Both the position numbers and the translations under genes were made by a program. A model generated the notes under the pieces. That model did not search any database, was not told where the DNA came from, and was given only the letters and a program-made list of their open reading frames with translations. A stretch of DNA of 64,000 nt from the NCBI RefSeq assembly GCF_964204645.1, contig NC_134029.1:24706534-24770533 (forward strand), given 5' to 3'. Shown here piece by piece: positions 11,496-24,697 of the stretch. Origin of the DNA: Tubulanus polymorphus (taxonomy: Eukaryota > Animalia > Nemertea). Each line of letters opens with the position of its first letter. Position 1 is the stretch's first letter.

Positions 11496-13034
11496 ATCAC
11501 CACCAATAAGTGATAGAATTAAGTTAAATGAATTTCCTCCGCGTTTAGGGTAAGAACTGCAACAAATCAGGAAAAAACAACGATTTCTATAAAACAATAG
11601 TTTTGAAATTTATTGTAGAATATATGATTTGAGAAGCTCACGTGAACATCATTATCAGAAACATGGATTTGTACCGTTTATATAGAATGATAATAATCAA
11701 ATATCACACTTTATCAATGATTCAATTATTTAACAATATAATATTCCCATAGATTGTAAGGCTACAGTAAATAACAATTCATATCGTGGATACGACATAC
11801 ACAAATACACAAAACACAGTAAGAAATTTATTTCTGAAGAATAAAAGAATTAGTATACGGTAAACTTGAATAAAGAAACAAACAATTCAGCCTTTCGGCT
11901 ATTTTCACGTGACCTCATATTGGCCGTCGAGCGTGAAGAGTCACATGACGGCCAATATTACGTATGTGAGCTTTAACGTACGAAGGTGGAGTTGCTCGAT
12001 TTGAGAACGTAATTGAAGTTACAAAGCTCAAGTAATAGACTTAGAGTAAGGCTGGTTCAGTGTAGACCCGTTCACACCAGTTGGTGGGATTGGTTGGACC
12101 CGTTCGGACAGACAACTGGGACCCACAGTTCCACAGTTGTAATTAAAGCTCGTCTATTTTGCAAAGGGTTGACTTAGAGTCAAATCGTAAATCAGAACTG
12201 TGTAACAGAGTCTAGTAACCGCACACAGCAAACAGTATTACATCAGGGGAGCTGCTAGCCGATCAGTCCTACTGTGGCAATCGAGGATCCGCCAGGTGCG
12301 CTAGTGGTTAGTCAACGTTCGTGTTTAATGTCGTAAAATCTCCAGTTGAAATCGAAACTAGATTTCTATCGGAATAAAACAATTATCCATGGAAATATCG
12401 ATTCAAAAGGTTATTGCAGTAATTAGTGAAGTTGCTCGAAAACTAATTCGCAATTATGTAATCACGATCGCAACGCCATCTGGCGGTCTCGCAGCTCCCC
12501 ACGAAGAGTTGTTACGAGTAGAATTGTTTAGACAAAAAGTAAAACAGGAATTAAATTGTCTTTTATATAAAAATCGGAGAAAAAAGAAGAAAAAGACATT
12601 CATACTTTCTCTCTTCTCATCGCGTCATTCATTCAATAATATACCAGATAGAAACGAGACAAATTAAAACAGACTTAAAGCAAAAATAACAAGACGCAGA
12701 TTAAAAATAGAAAATCAATTACATTCGATCATATCACGAGATCATCTCAATTCATCCTACAACTCGTTCTCTGATACTACTACAGTTTGTGAGATTTAAA
12801 TCTGAACACGGTTTGTTTGGTCCACGCACTGTGTATCACGCTCTGTATAATACAACATTCTATGTCACATTGAAACCAGGTTCTGTTTTTGTGAAGTGTG
12901 GATATTTAATCCGATGATAGGCAGCTATTTCTATATATATCGGATTAACCAAGCTAGTATTAATCCCTCTCTCATCCCTCTCTTATGCAGTATTAACCCA
13001 TTTTTTAAACAATTGATATGGAAGTATATTCGAT

Positions 13035-13475
13035 CACACTCACAGAGCACACTCACAGCGCACACTCGCAGAGCGCACTCGCAGAGCACACTCACAGCGC
13101 ACACTCGCAGAGCACACTCGCTGACCCACAGTGACACCTCGCTCGCACACTCGCTGACCCACAGTGACACCTCGCTCGCACACTCACAGCACACACTCAC
13201 AGCACACAGACATTTTCGCACCCCTCACACCTCGCTCGCACACCCGCACTTGCAATGCACACTAACACTTTCAGCGCACACTTGCAGACCCCTGACACCT
13301 CGCTCGCACATTCGCAACGCACATTCGCAGCACGAATACAGTTTCGTGCCCTAAACACAACCACGCACACCCACAGCGCGCATTCGCAGCACACAGACAC
13401 GTTCGTGCTCCCCTCACACCACAGACACTCACAGACACTCACAGACACTCGCAGTGCGCCTTCACACACACTAGG
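13035..13475. repeat. CA-rich degenerate tandem repeat
   Basis: cacactcgcagag / cacactcgctgacccacagtgacacctcgctcg units; explains ORFs between 12896 and 13527. Confidence 0.85.
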
Positions 13476-15689
13476 CACTCACTTGGTTGTGTACTCGACC
13501 CTAACATACTCAAAGACACTCTCATGATAAGTTGTAGTTTGTAGTAGGCGGTTTGATTCATTGTTCGGATACAACCGACAACTCACGGTACCATTTCCTC
13601 TTTCCCTATTTACCGGTTTCACGCGGACGATACGCATAGCTTACCGCAGTAAGCATCGTTTCCGCCACAAACAACACAAAAGAATCACCCGACCATTAAT
13701 ATACCACTCACACCCTTCATCAGTTCACATCAAACATTCTCTCAATGCAGCTCACAGTATCCATTACTCACTGCTGCACATTCAGTTCCACAGTAACGGG
13801 AGATGAATTCAATTCATCATCAGATATTTTACTTTTGGGTCCTAAACTGATAACTGTTCCTCCAACATTAAAACTAACCAAATTTTGCCCCAGGGCAATA
13901 ATCTAGCACGCCATCTTTAATCCACTCCAAATGCAATATATATCCAAAATAGGGTATTAATAGATTATCTACAGGTTATTGCGCGTCCCAAAAGTCTCTA
14001 AAACGGAAGAACGACCCCGACCCCCGACAACCACCCCGACCCTCGACCCCCCACCCCCGACCCCCCCACCCCCGAACCCCGACCTTTCGGCCAACTAACT
14101 CCCTGTTTTATTCAGTGGCCTCGGGTTTTCGATTACTTCGTGAAAACGTACTAAAAACAGTTACAAGACTTTCGTACGAAAAATCTATCACACTCTATAT
14201 ATTTAGAATCCATCACCGGGGAATTGAGAACCATCTGGACGACCATCACCTCCTCTCGCAGTGGACCGAGTCATACAATACGTGTACACCTACCTTACCA
14301 CATCCGAGCGTGAGCCACAAATACATAGAAAACACGTGATTCATTATGTAAATTATCAATAAACCGACATATTTATTTATAAGGTTTTACGACTGTTAGA
14401 GGCTGATGATGAAATACGGCGAGTGTTTGTTATCGCTGGTTGGACTGAACTGCTGAAGTGTTACAATTAATGGAAATGTGTTTCGACTTTTGGAATTATG
14501 AATGAATGGAAGTTGATTCTGGTGATTTCGCATAAATCGATTTTTCAAGAAATAGTTTTTCTTTCACACGCCATAAATTTTATAGGATGCTGATTTTGTG
14601 CTGTTCCTGTGAATCAATAGGATTATATTGGAATCGGAGTGAATTGAAGCAGTTTGTTTCCCTCGAGAAATATTGCACCATTAGTCTGATTGATCAGTAC
14701 CAGGGAGACAGAGGGCAGCGGGGAGGGGGAGTGGGGAGAGGGGGGAGGGCCACCACGGTTCGGCGAGACAACTGTGATGTGTAAATATTTCCTGAAAGAT
14801 TCATTTGATTTTGAATCACGATTGACTGATTTTTTGAATCGTGAAATGAAGTTAAAAACTGAGAAGTTTCACGAAACGACTCAATAATAATTCATCGTCA
14901 GGAGTCATTTAGACGGTCATGGATTAAATTAAAGACAGGTCTTAGCCAATCTTAAGAGTTAACATTTAAGACGACTGCGCAACTTTGCCCACAGGTTTTT
15001 AAACTGACAAAACTTAAATGCGGTTGAATCAAAAACAGATTTGACTTTACACACCGTGACAAAATGAACCATTATACGGTCCCTAGTTTGACTAATGGAT
15101 GATACGGTCCCTAGTTAGACTAAAATGGAACTATGATAGGGTCCCTCGGTTTGTATTACGAGATCGTGAGGCAAATTTGAGGTAAAGAATTGTTGAATGG
15201 AAGATGAATTGTTTGAGAAATTGATTCACGTATCTATGAGTCGGACAGGACTATCACGTATCACGTGTTATCACGTGGTATCACGCACACGGTGACACGA
15301 GATGAGCAGATCGCGTGCTCTTATCAATTGAAATCATGATTTTATTGATACGATCCCGCAGTCGCGTAATTCAATCAGAAATGACGCGATGACAAACTGC
15401 GTTTCCTGCGCGTTTTATCAATCAATGAATTCATCTGCGATTGTGAAAACTAGACCGAAACGCTAAGAAATACGGGAGCTCGGAATAGAACTATCAGAGT
15501 GTTCTAGATTTCACGGAGACTAATTCGACGAGTTGGTTAATGGTGGGCTCTGATTCACATGAGTTAATCGCTGTTTTATCGATGATTATTGAGGTCACCA
15601 TTTAGCGCAATTAATTATGAATTCCACTAGATTCCGGTTCCGGTCCCATATGTATCGTATAAAACATATTAAAAACAAACCATTTTATT

Positions 15690-15810
15690 CGAGAGAGAGA
15701 GAGTGGGGGAGGGAAGAGTGGGAGAGAGTTGGGGAGGGGAGTGGGGAGAGGGTGGGGAGAGGGTGGAGAGAGGGTGGGGGAGTGGAGTGGGGGAGATAGT
15801 GGGGAGCATT
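15690..15810. repeat. G-rich polypurine tract (G-quadruplex-capable)
   Basis: Repeated gggg runs (gtgggga) on the + strand. A comparable C-rich (cgacccc)n tract lies at 14012-14084. Confidence 0.7.
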
Positions 15811-16318
15811 GGAGAACGACGGGGGACCTTTTAAAAGGATTGAATTTCACCGATTGCGTCGTGCACAAACACACAACCACAGTCACATACTATCTGTAAC
15901 TATCTGTAACTATCTGTCCCAGTTAAACAAAGCATTGTGATTATCATTATTGTGAAATAGTGTCCATATGAAATAGTGAATGTTTTATCATCTGGAAAAT
16001 CTATTTCAGCGTAGGTGTAAGGCTTTTTAAAGTATTCATCGCAAATAAAGTTTTATAAAGAGACTATTGTTGAAATGTCCCTGGATAAAATATATTATAT
16101 AGCAAAGGATAGAACAATAATGATATATACAATAGATTTAAAAACAATAGAGATTTTCTGCGCAAATTACAAAAAAAACCAAATAAATTGATTATAAATG
16201 TGAATGTTGTTTAAGTATATATGAACATTGAATTCCATAGACAAGACAAGACTGCCTTATTCAATTGGAGAAACTAAGAGAGTAGTGACGTTTAGATTCG
16301 AAACACTATGGATCCTTA

Positions 16319-16506
16319 TTGTGACGATATTAGAGACAGAGAGAATTCCACAATGATTTAACGAATATATTCTAATGGTCATCTTTAGGAATACTCAAAA
16401 TATAGATTCTATATTTAGAATATAGTCGAAACGTCGAATAAAAACTACACTAGCTGTGGTATAGGAGACGTTATCGGACGTTGTCTTTCGTTATCACTGT
16501 GGAATT
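16319..16506. mobile_element. Decayed palindromic copy of the hammerhead-associated repeat family (3' of the PROKR-like stop)
   Basis: aattccacaatgatttaacgaa (16344) is inverted to ttcgttatcactgtggaatt (ending 16506). Internal tatagtcgaaacgtcgaataaaaactac matches 61501-61527, and the ttgtgacgata end is shared with 6547. Confidence 0.55.
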
Positions 16507-16698
16507 ATATCTATTGTTAACACTCAATTTTATGCGCCATTTTAAGAACTGATTTCTATTGAAAACGACTCATACTAATCGATTCGAATCGTTACTTCTC
16601 TCTTAGTTTATCTTCAACCACAACCGTTTAATGAGCACACAATGATGACAGGACGTTTATATGTATTTAAAGACGTTTGTATCTTTATTTCGCAGTCT

Positions 16699-17512
16699 TC
16701 AGAGACAGTCGTCCTCTTCCCCGCTCCCTACGTCACCGTTCTGTTCTTTATGGTTATTAGCGACCAAACTACAGCTCAATAGAATTTGTTCGGTGTTATT
16801 CACCGATGTTTTGCGACCACCTTGACTCACCTGCAATCGCTGAGACTTATTAAAATTATCGTCGCTCTGATTATTGCGCCGCCTCGTTCTTTTAAACAGA
16901 CAGCACAACATTTGCTTCTTGATGCAATCTTTCAAATAGTCGTTGATGATTATATACATGAATGTGTTGAATAAACCGTTGCTTAAAGCGACCGCTTCTA
17001 TCGGGTAATAGACGGCGATCTCTTGTAAAGGGTCTTTAAATTTTGAGTGCCAATCGGGAACGAGGAAATCGCGCTGAAACACGTAGATCTGATAAGGCAT
17101 CCAAAATATAGCGAATACTAATACAACGATGATTAATAAACGGATAACGCGCTTTCTGGAAGCGATTTGCGCGCGCACTCTTTCGGCTGATACTGTCCCG
17201 ACCATCGGTCGTTTCCAGACTTTATAACCGATGAAACTATACGACAATGACATCACAAATAGCGGCAACACGTATTCGATAGCGAACAGTATACAGGTGT
17301 ACTCCTGTAAGGTCATCGCCGCTTCAATCTTCCATTCTGTAAGGCAGTAACACTTTCTATTCCCTTCGCTTTGGTGAGTACAGAATTCTGAAGAAGCGAA
17401 TAAGATTCTCGGTATACTCAATGCCGCCGATACGATCCAGATTGAAATGATTGATATACCAGCTGATTTAATTCCCATCGTTCCTTTGAGCGGGTAACTA
17501 ACTGCTCGCAGT
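16699..17512 (-). CDS. Prokineticin-receptor-like GPCR, coding exon 2 (ICL2-TM7 and C-tail)
   Basis: Acceptor tttttcag|A at 17513/17512 completes the AGA codon (D-R-L-R-A-V-S-Y-P-L). TM5 IEYVLPLFVMSLSY, TM6 VFAIFWMPY..QRDF and TM7 YYPIEAVALSNGLFNTFMY resemble PROKR IEFVGPVVTMTLCY, CWAPFY..VRDF and FYIVECIAMSNSMINT (recalled, not aligned). Confidence 0.88.
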
Positions 17513-17995
17513 CTGAAAAATACATCAAGCAAAAAACGATGTTATTTCGTTCATAATTCCGTGTATCACGTGGTTCGCGTATCGTGTCAGAGGCTGATGA
17601 TCTTCACTTCGGTTCGACACACAAACCTATCGTTTTTACGCTACGAGCTTCAGAGATTTGTTGGGGTAAAGATTAATCAGTTCATTCTACCTTAATCCCA
17701 ACCCGGTCCCTACTGGAACAGCAGCCGTGGCAATTCATCAAACTGTGATTTGCTGTAAACGTTTTGATAATGAAGATGATTATTAAGTAAATGAACTACT
17801 GAATATATGAGGAATTAAAAAAAACATTCAAAGTTTATTAACGCGATCAAAAATAAGATAATATTGCTTGATATTGTCGACAATGAGAACGATTTGTACA
17901 CGGCGTAAAAAGGGAGATTTTATAGGATATTCGATTTAACGCCATGGACCTAAGTGTTCCACAGTTGTGAGTTAGAGTTAACTGTGAACTCAGAA

Positions 17996-18101
17996 TCCAG
18001 TTCCACAGTTGTGAGTTAGAGTTAACTCTGAGTTAAAGTCAGTTCATTTTCAATGATTTAACTCAGAGTTAAATCTTAACTCGGAACTGTGGAACTGGAC
18101 C
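17996..18101. mobile_element. MITE of the ccagttccacagtt family, with a partial extra left end at about 17956-17995
   Basis: tccagttccacagttgtgagttagagttaactctgag...gaactgtggaactggacc; reverse-complement homolog of 9977-10082. Confidence 0.8.
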
Positions 18102-18617
18102 TGGCGTTTTATTGTTTTTACCCCAAGTTAAAACGGTTTACGTCACATAAAACAGTTAATCTCACGTCAATACGGATTTTCGAGTTAAACAATGATCGAT
18201 TTAACATCACTTAAATGTTTTCCCGTTGTGTCACCGTTACGTCGCATTTCCTCGTTGTAGATAGTGTTTTTTTATAAGTTGTCTCGATCTATCAAACTCA
18301 CCGCAACAGGTAAATTGAAGCTATTTGGGGCAGTTGAATCAGATAGAGACTGAGGGCATTAAAACAGATTCGAGCAATTACTGTCATGGCTCATTCGCGA
18401 ACTGTTGAGGTGGTTGCGTTAGTGGCCTAGAAATTGGAAAATCGTCGATAGCAGTCGTACCAGTTCCGGTGTTTGGTCGAGTATTTTATAAGCTCTGTAG
18501 CGGGAAGCAACGAAGGCACTACAGCTGAACACATCGTGTAGTTACCGGGTTAATTGCCCATTAATTACATCCCGTGTACGTAAATCATACGTGTCTCGAT
18601 CAAGGTCGAAACCGATG

Positions 18618-18722
18618 CGTCGACATGTCCGCCGCGGCCACCATCAAAATATCGTCGACATGTCCGCCGCGGCCACCATCAAAATATCGTCGACATGTCC
18701 GCCGCGGCCACCATCAAAATAC
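18618..18722. repeat. 35-bp CpG-rich tandem repeat x3
   Basis: cgtcgacatgtccgccgcggccaccatcaaaatat. Confidence 0.85.
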
Positions 18723-19208
18723 TAGCCGTAAAAAACCACCTGCAGCGCGTGCGCACTAGTGACTTACTCAGATCTATTTAATACCTCTACTGGGAGTAAT
18801 TCTTTTCGCGTATCAATTTTAGCCACGAATTGTGTAGGTTATTTGGTTTGCGTTAGATAATACGGTGGAGATGGGTGTTAGTGTCGGTGCATTAATCTCA
18901 CTAATCAAACAAATAGGAATCATCCTGTCATCACCCGGGCAGCGCAACAAGCGCACACACAAACCGTGTCCGTATCGACGCCGTCCTTCAACCATCTATG
19001 TCGAAATGAAAATCCATATATGACTGATTTTTAACGGTAGAACTAGTTCAATACAATAAATAACCAGTCGGTGCTAGTAACTCGGGACCTGTATAGAATA
19101 TATTACTATGATCTGGTTTCTATATTCGTCATACAATACGTATCATTTTATTGACACATCGTCTGAGCCGATACTGTTGGAGGAGTTTTGGTATGAATCG
19201 AAGCCGCG

Positions 19209-19556
19209 GAGAGGGAGGTAGAGGGGAGAGTGAGAGAGGTAGAGGGGAGAGTGAGAGAGGTAGAGGGGAGAGTGAGAGAGGAAGAGGGGAGAGTGAGAGA
19301 GGTAGGGAGGTAGACGGGAGAGTTAGAGAGGTAGGGAGGTAGAGGGGAGAGTGAGAGAGGTAGTGAGGGGAGGGGACTATAGAGACCAGAGAGAGAGGGG
19401 CAAGAGATAGAAGAGGAGAGGAGAGAGGAGGGACGCAGGGGAGAGGGGAGGGAGAGTGGAGAGGACATGAAGGAGAGGGAAGAGGGGAAGAGAGGGGAGA
19501 GGACATGCAGGAGAATGGGGAGGGGAGAGCGGAGAGGAGAGAGAGGGGAGAGTGGA
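19209..19556. repeat. GA-rich polypurine low-complexity tract
   Basis: gaggtagagggggagagtga-type units. Similar tracts at 20866-21097, 23697-23833, 26821-26898 and 43372-43432. Confidence 0.85.
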
Positions 19557-20284
19557 GCTATCAGGTTAATAGTGAAGGTGATAGTTTGAAAATTAAAAAA
19601 GATGTTAATAGATGTAAATGTCAACATGCAGTGACGTCAGTATCACAGCCGCCGCTACCGCCGCCACCGCGGTGGTCTGAGATATTTCTGTACATGGTAT
19701 ATTTATATAGATTACTGCGTTAGACAGAGAACAGAAAGAACAGAAAGAACAGAAAGAACACCTGTCAGGGACGAAATGGCAGATTAACCACAACAAATGG
19801 CTTTTACCTACTGTCTAAGACTTCACGGACCATTTACCTGAGAGAGGGAGAAAGAGATAAACATGCGGTGCCCGCTGTGTGTTCTATAATCTCTCGATCG
19901 TCAGTATCTCGATTAACGCCATGAAATTCCAGAAACAATCGAATTACCAAGAATATAAAGTATATAAGGTCTCGTCGATGACAATTTCGGTGAAATTGGC
20001 CGAGCTGTCAACGCGGGTTAAATTTGGCCAATCTGGGAAAATCTGTTTAGGCAGGAGGTGAATAATCAGGTAATATTGACCTACACTGGAAATTACCGCT
20101 CCTCTCCCCCCTCCCAAATGTCAAATTTCACCCGACACTGGAAAGCGGCCAAATGACGTCATTGATGGCAATATTGACAGTTGAGTCGCCTGCCACAGAC
20201 GCGGTCAACACAAACATTACATTAACTCTTTTTGTAGCATCGATTCACGCACGATTAACCTAATATTGTCTGGACCTGTGTCAC

Positions 20285-20382
20285 GGACGCGCGCACACAG
20301 AACCGCGCACACAGACGTGTGCACACAGACGTGCGCACACAGACGTGCGCACACAGAACCTCGCACACGGACGTGCGCACAC
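20285..20382. repeat. 14-bp degenerate repeat (gacgtgcgcacaca)
   Basis: Visible tandem units. Confidence 0.75.
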
Positions 20383-23300
20383 TGGCTGAATGAATATCCA
20401 GAACTTGTAAATCATAGGAAAAAGATAAAATTGTACCTAGTTTTTCTTCTGCCTCGTTAATCTTCACATCAATGATAAAAATTTTTCTCGTATCATTTTC
20501 AAATATTTCTGGGATGCGCGCGCACCGGTTGTGATCGATCGTGCCGTAAATCACGCGTGAAAAACATCCCGCGAGAAAAAAGAACGAGATTTGATCGGCC
20601 GCCGTCAGTTTAATCTTGTTAAATGAACTCTCTCAGTTTTTGTAAGTTTTCATCGATGAAATTGAATAAACGCGTTTTGTATAATTTTTCGACGCGATAA
20701 ACTGGAATCCGTATAAAACTTCCCTCACACGTATTTACTGTGAATTCTGAGAACTGTATGACGTGATCAGGCCACAGTTTAGAATTAATTGAATTTATTG
20801 CTCGAACGTGACTGTTATTCTAACCCTACACCAACTACAACGTGTTAAAAATAACATAACTTTTCACGGGAAGTGTGTGGGGTAGGGGGAGGTGTCTGGG
20901 GTATAGGAGGGGAGGAGGGAGGTATGTGGGGTAGGAGGGAGGTGAAGGGAGGAATGAGTGGTGTGTGACAGGAGGGGAGTGGGGGGTGAGGGGTGTATGG
21001 TAGGAGGGGAATGAGGGGATGAGGGAGGTGTGAGTGAGAGAAGGGTTGTGTATGGAATGCGTGAGGGGAGTGAGAGTAGGTGTGAGGAGAGAAGAAGTTT
21101 CAGTGTAGCCGTCCTCTCCATCTCTGTGATAAATGGTACATGTTTATTTATCGGTTTTTAAAGACTCTCATAAGTGTATTAGGCGGAAAAGTCCCTCACA
21201 CGAAGTTGACACAAAAATACGGTCACGATTTTAACTGGTGAACGGTTTACACTAAATCACCGTGTTTAACGGCCGCACGATGTCGATCCGGTCACAAAAA
21301 CTAACGCATTTCATTGTCAGAGCGAAATCTCTACTCGCTTCCCAGGGCAAGCCCCATCCCCTGCTGGATAAATACAATAAGGTCAGTTTTAGATGATTTC
21401 ATTACGGTTACGATTTGTTCGGAATATTCGTAGCGCATCAGTCGCCCCCTAGTGGTCGATATATAAGCAATTGAAAACAAATATCTGAACGACGAATAGA
21501 TGATTCATTTTGTAATCCAGATTAACCGGATAATCTCTCACCCTGCATCTTCCTGGTCTCTTCTTTCAACCCCCCCTCGCCCCACCGTCACCGCTATAAG
21601 CCCCGGTACCAGCGCTGACCAATATTTATGTTTTATTTCTACGTCGCGTCTTGTTGGGAATCAGTCCGCAAGCTGTTGACACAGAAAACAGTAACTTAAA
21701 ACTAACAGCTGTTCATATAAAACAGCATTTACGAGTCTTTGTATATGACGACATAAATTAGTATCAGCAGCCGTTTGTATTTAACAAAGATCGCGAGAGA
21801 AAAAGCTACAAAAATGTATATAATCGACACGAGGAGGACGAGACACTACAGCTTCAAATGTGGCATTCAGTTACACACATACCTCACAGCTGCGACCGAG
21901 ACCACTTTATTGAACAGGTTTTTTTTAAATCTTAAACTAAGGTTTTAACTCAATAGGATGCAAGTATTATACACGTATTATTATCATTATGATCGGTTTG
22001 ATTGACTCTCAGTTGTTAGTCTTGTAAGAAACTCTGTTATTGTTGGTGAATACCCACACCGGTTACCACCACACCAGACAAACCAACAACTCTCCAGCTC
22101 AATGGTGGATTCAAACATGCTCGACTGGCGACTGTTTGAAACTAGGCCAGGGTTACGACCGTGCTAGGCTCTAATAACCGGAAGTTCTGTGTTCAGCGTT
22201 AATTTCTAACACTTTCCATATGGGCCTAGAATTCAGCAACTGATATCAACCTCTAGTGATGTATGAATCAGCTGATTTCGATCGGTCTGGGGGGGGGGGG
22301 GGGGTTACTAGGTGCTGCTTTGTAGAGATGTATATTGTACTGATATAAGCTCATCACTATACGCGTGATCAGACAGAAAACACAAACGTCACATACACAG
22401 AACCCAGTCACTGGGGATTAGCTATTAGTCACGACCTGAGGTTTTTTCTGGCGGGTTCTATTTTACAGGTGGATGCGGATCGTGATTAGGTCCAGAAATC
22501 GGTAATTTGCCGTAGCGTAGTGATTTTCTTATTCGGCTTTTCATCTCTTACGCATCCAGAATTTCTGGATAAGGTGGGGGTAAGGTGGACTTCTTATAGT
22601 TTATCCAAAAATATCTTTCAAGACCAATCTAAGCTTATTTACAATTGTCTATCGGTATAAGCCCTGATCGCTACTAGTTGGCACATCTACAAGGTAGTTT
22701 CATCAGGAACATGAATAAGTGAAGGTCAGTGGAGAAACAAGAATATTACTGGAGTGAGTGAGGTCACATTATTAATGAATTATAAATCGGAATTTTTTTC
22801 TGCGATGGCTGTACTGATTTAAAGCTATTCTATGCACCAGCAACAAAAAGCTGGTAAAAATCTAAAATAAGATCAGTTAACCTTCATCTTTTTTCACGTT
22901 TAACCTGGACACAAATATGGAGTCCTATTTGACTCCAGTGTTTCAGTAAACAGTCAACATCGAGGCTAAGAAAAATATATGTCACGTTTTACCGATCGAA
23001 ATATGTCACTAAGGGAATCTGGACGTGTTGGTATTGGTAAAAACAGTTTCTGCTATAAACGTCTGGTGTATTACGAGTCCCACGAGGGACCTCTCAATGT
23101 TCTGAGCCTCATCCCGGTGACCGTTAAGAGCTCGCTCGATAGAACTGTATTTTAGATTCAGAAAACTCTGTGATGTTTTTCTGATTAGCTCGAGTACGAT
23201 TTTCAAAATTTCGCATTTGCATTCATACCGCCATATGGAAATTTTAAAAGCTCCCTCTCGATTGGGAAATTGACATTGAAATGCAACTCGATATTAGTCA

Positions 23301-24473
23301 ACGAAATAAAAATGTGTCATGAAACACGACAAAAAAATCGTATTCCATGTCACAATCGAAAATAATCTTCACAAGCTCCGTGACATTGATATTGACAAGT
23401 ATAAGAGTAAAGTGTATATGCGTAGTTGTCATTTTGTGTCTCGTTGCTTGAAAAAAGTTCTTCTTTCTTTCGTTCATAAAACGTGTTCGGAATCCTACAA
23501 GTTGAATAATAATGAATATACGTCAAATGTCGCCACATCCTGTTTTATAGTATTCGTATATCGGTGCTGGACGAATACCGATTTATAGTAAAACGTCCTA
23601 GTTGTTTGCGCTAAGATCATCATCGAACTTGACTTCAACTGATGACATTTTGTCGACTTATTCTCAAGTTTTTATCTCAATTATCATTTGCATCTTTGAG
23701 AGAGGGAGAGAGAGGTGAGAGGTGAGAGGAGGGAGGGGAGAGAGGGGAGAGAGGAGAGAAGGGAGAGGGGAGAGGGGAGATGAAAGAGGAGAGAGGAGAG
23801 AGGAGAGAGGGGACAGGAGAGGGGAGAGAGAGACTTAAAATGCGGTTGATCGGTGGCGTTTAATTTTGTTCGTCTTGATCGAAATGAAACCCGTTTATAT
23901 TTTACTATTTGTTGTCGCGAGTTGTGAAATAAACGCGTTTAAAACTGCACTAGTTCTAAATAGCGCACGTTGTCGATGACAAATTGCCTATTAAAACGGA
24001 AGGAATTCAATATCAAGAAACAGCACGATATATCGTATTTTTAAACGATCGTAAAAACGATCAGCAATATTCATCCGCTCGTCAGTGTCGTGGCGGATAA
24101 TGGGCAAACGTCTCCGATTTCTAACATGCAAATGAAAATGCTATTTAACTTTGCGCATGAAATGACAAACTCTTAACGCGGTTTAAACAAGGCAAGAGAA
24201 ACCGTGGCCACTAGACGAGAAAATGACGATAGAATTAATTAAAAGTAAACAATGTTGTGAAATATCTGTCGCATTTCCGTGATTTTTTGTAGTAATTGTT
24301 TATTTCTTTGCAGAGAAAAAAAGCAGAAATTCCATCCTCATTTTTATGTGAGTTTCACTTCCTCGATGACTCCTTCCGCGTAGCCTAGACTGGATGCGTC
24401 TGGATCACCCGATTAAGTCAAGTCGATTAATTGAAAATAGCGAAATATCAGCATTAATGGTTGATTAATTGCT

Positions 24474-24697
24474 GGTGTTTTTGTAGATTTTTAAAAAGCA
24501 TTCGATACAATTAATCAATTCAAAATTTAAACATTATGGTATAACGGGCATACCTTATTTTAGCTCCGAAATTATCGAACTGATAGAGAACAAGTCGTAA
24601 ATTTCAACAACTGTTTATCCTCACTCTTATTGATATTATTTGAGGTGTCCCTCAGGGCTCTATCCTTGGGGCTGTTATTTTCTATTTACATCAAAGA
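24474..24697 (+). pseudogene. Decayed non-LTR retrotransposon (CR1/L2-like LINE) reverse transcriptase fragment
   Basis: Translation across frameshifts and a stop gives GVFVDF*KAFDTIN...HYGITGIP...RNY.TDREQVVNFNNCLS...GVPQGSILG.LLFSIYI, matching the conserved LINE RT motifs D(F/L)xKAFD and GVPQGSxLGPxLFxxYIND. Confidence 0.8.

Noticed and set aside
17513-17532. Independent start for a 277-aa 4-TM receptor
   Set aside because: Non-ATG start lying in the splice acceptor; the ORF is exon 2 of the split GPCR.
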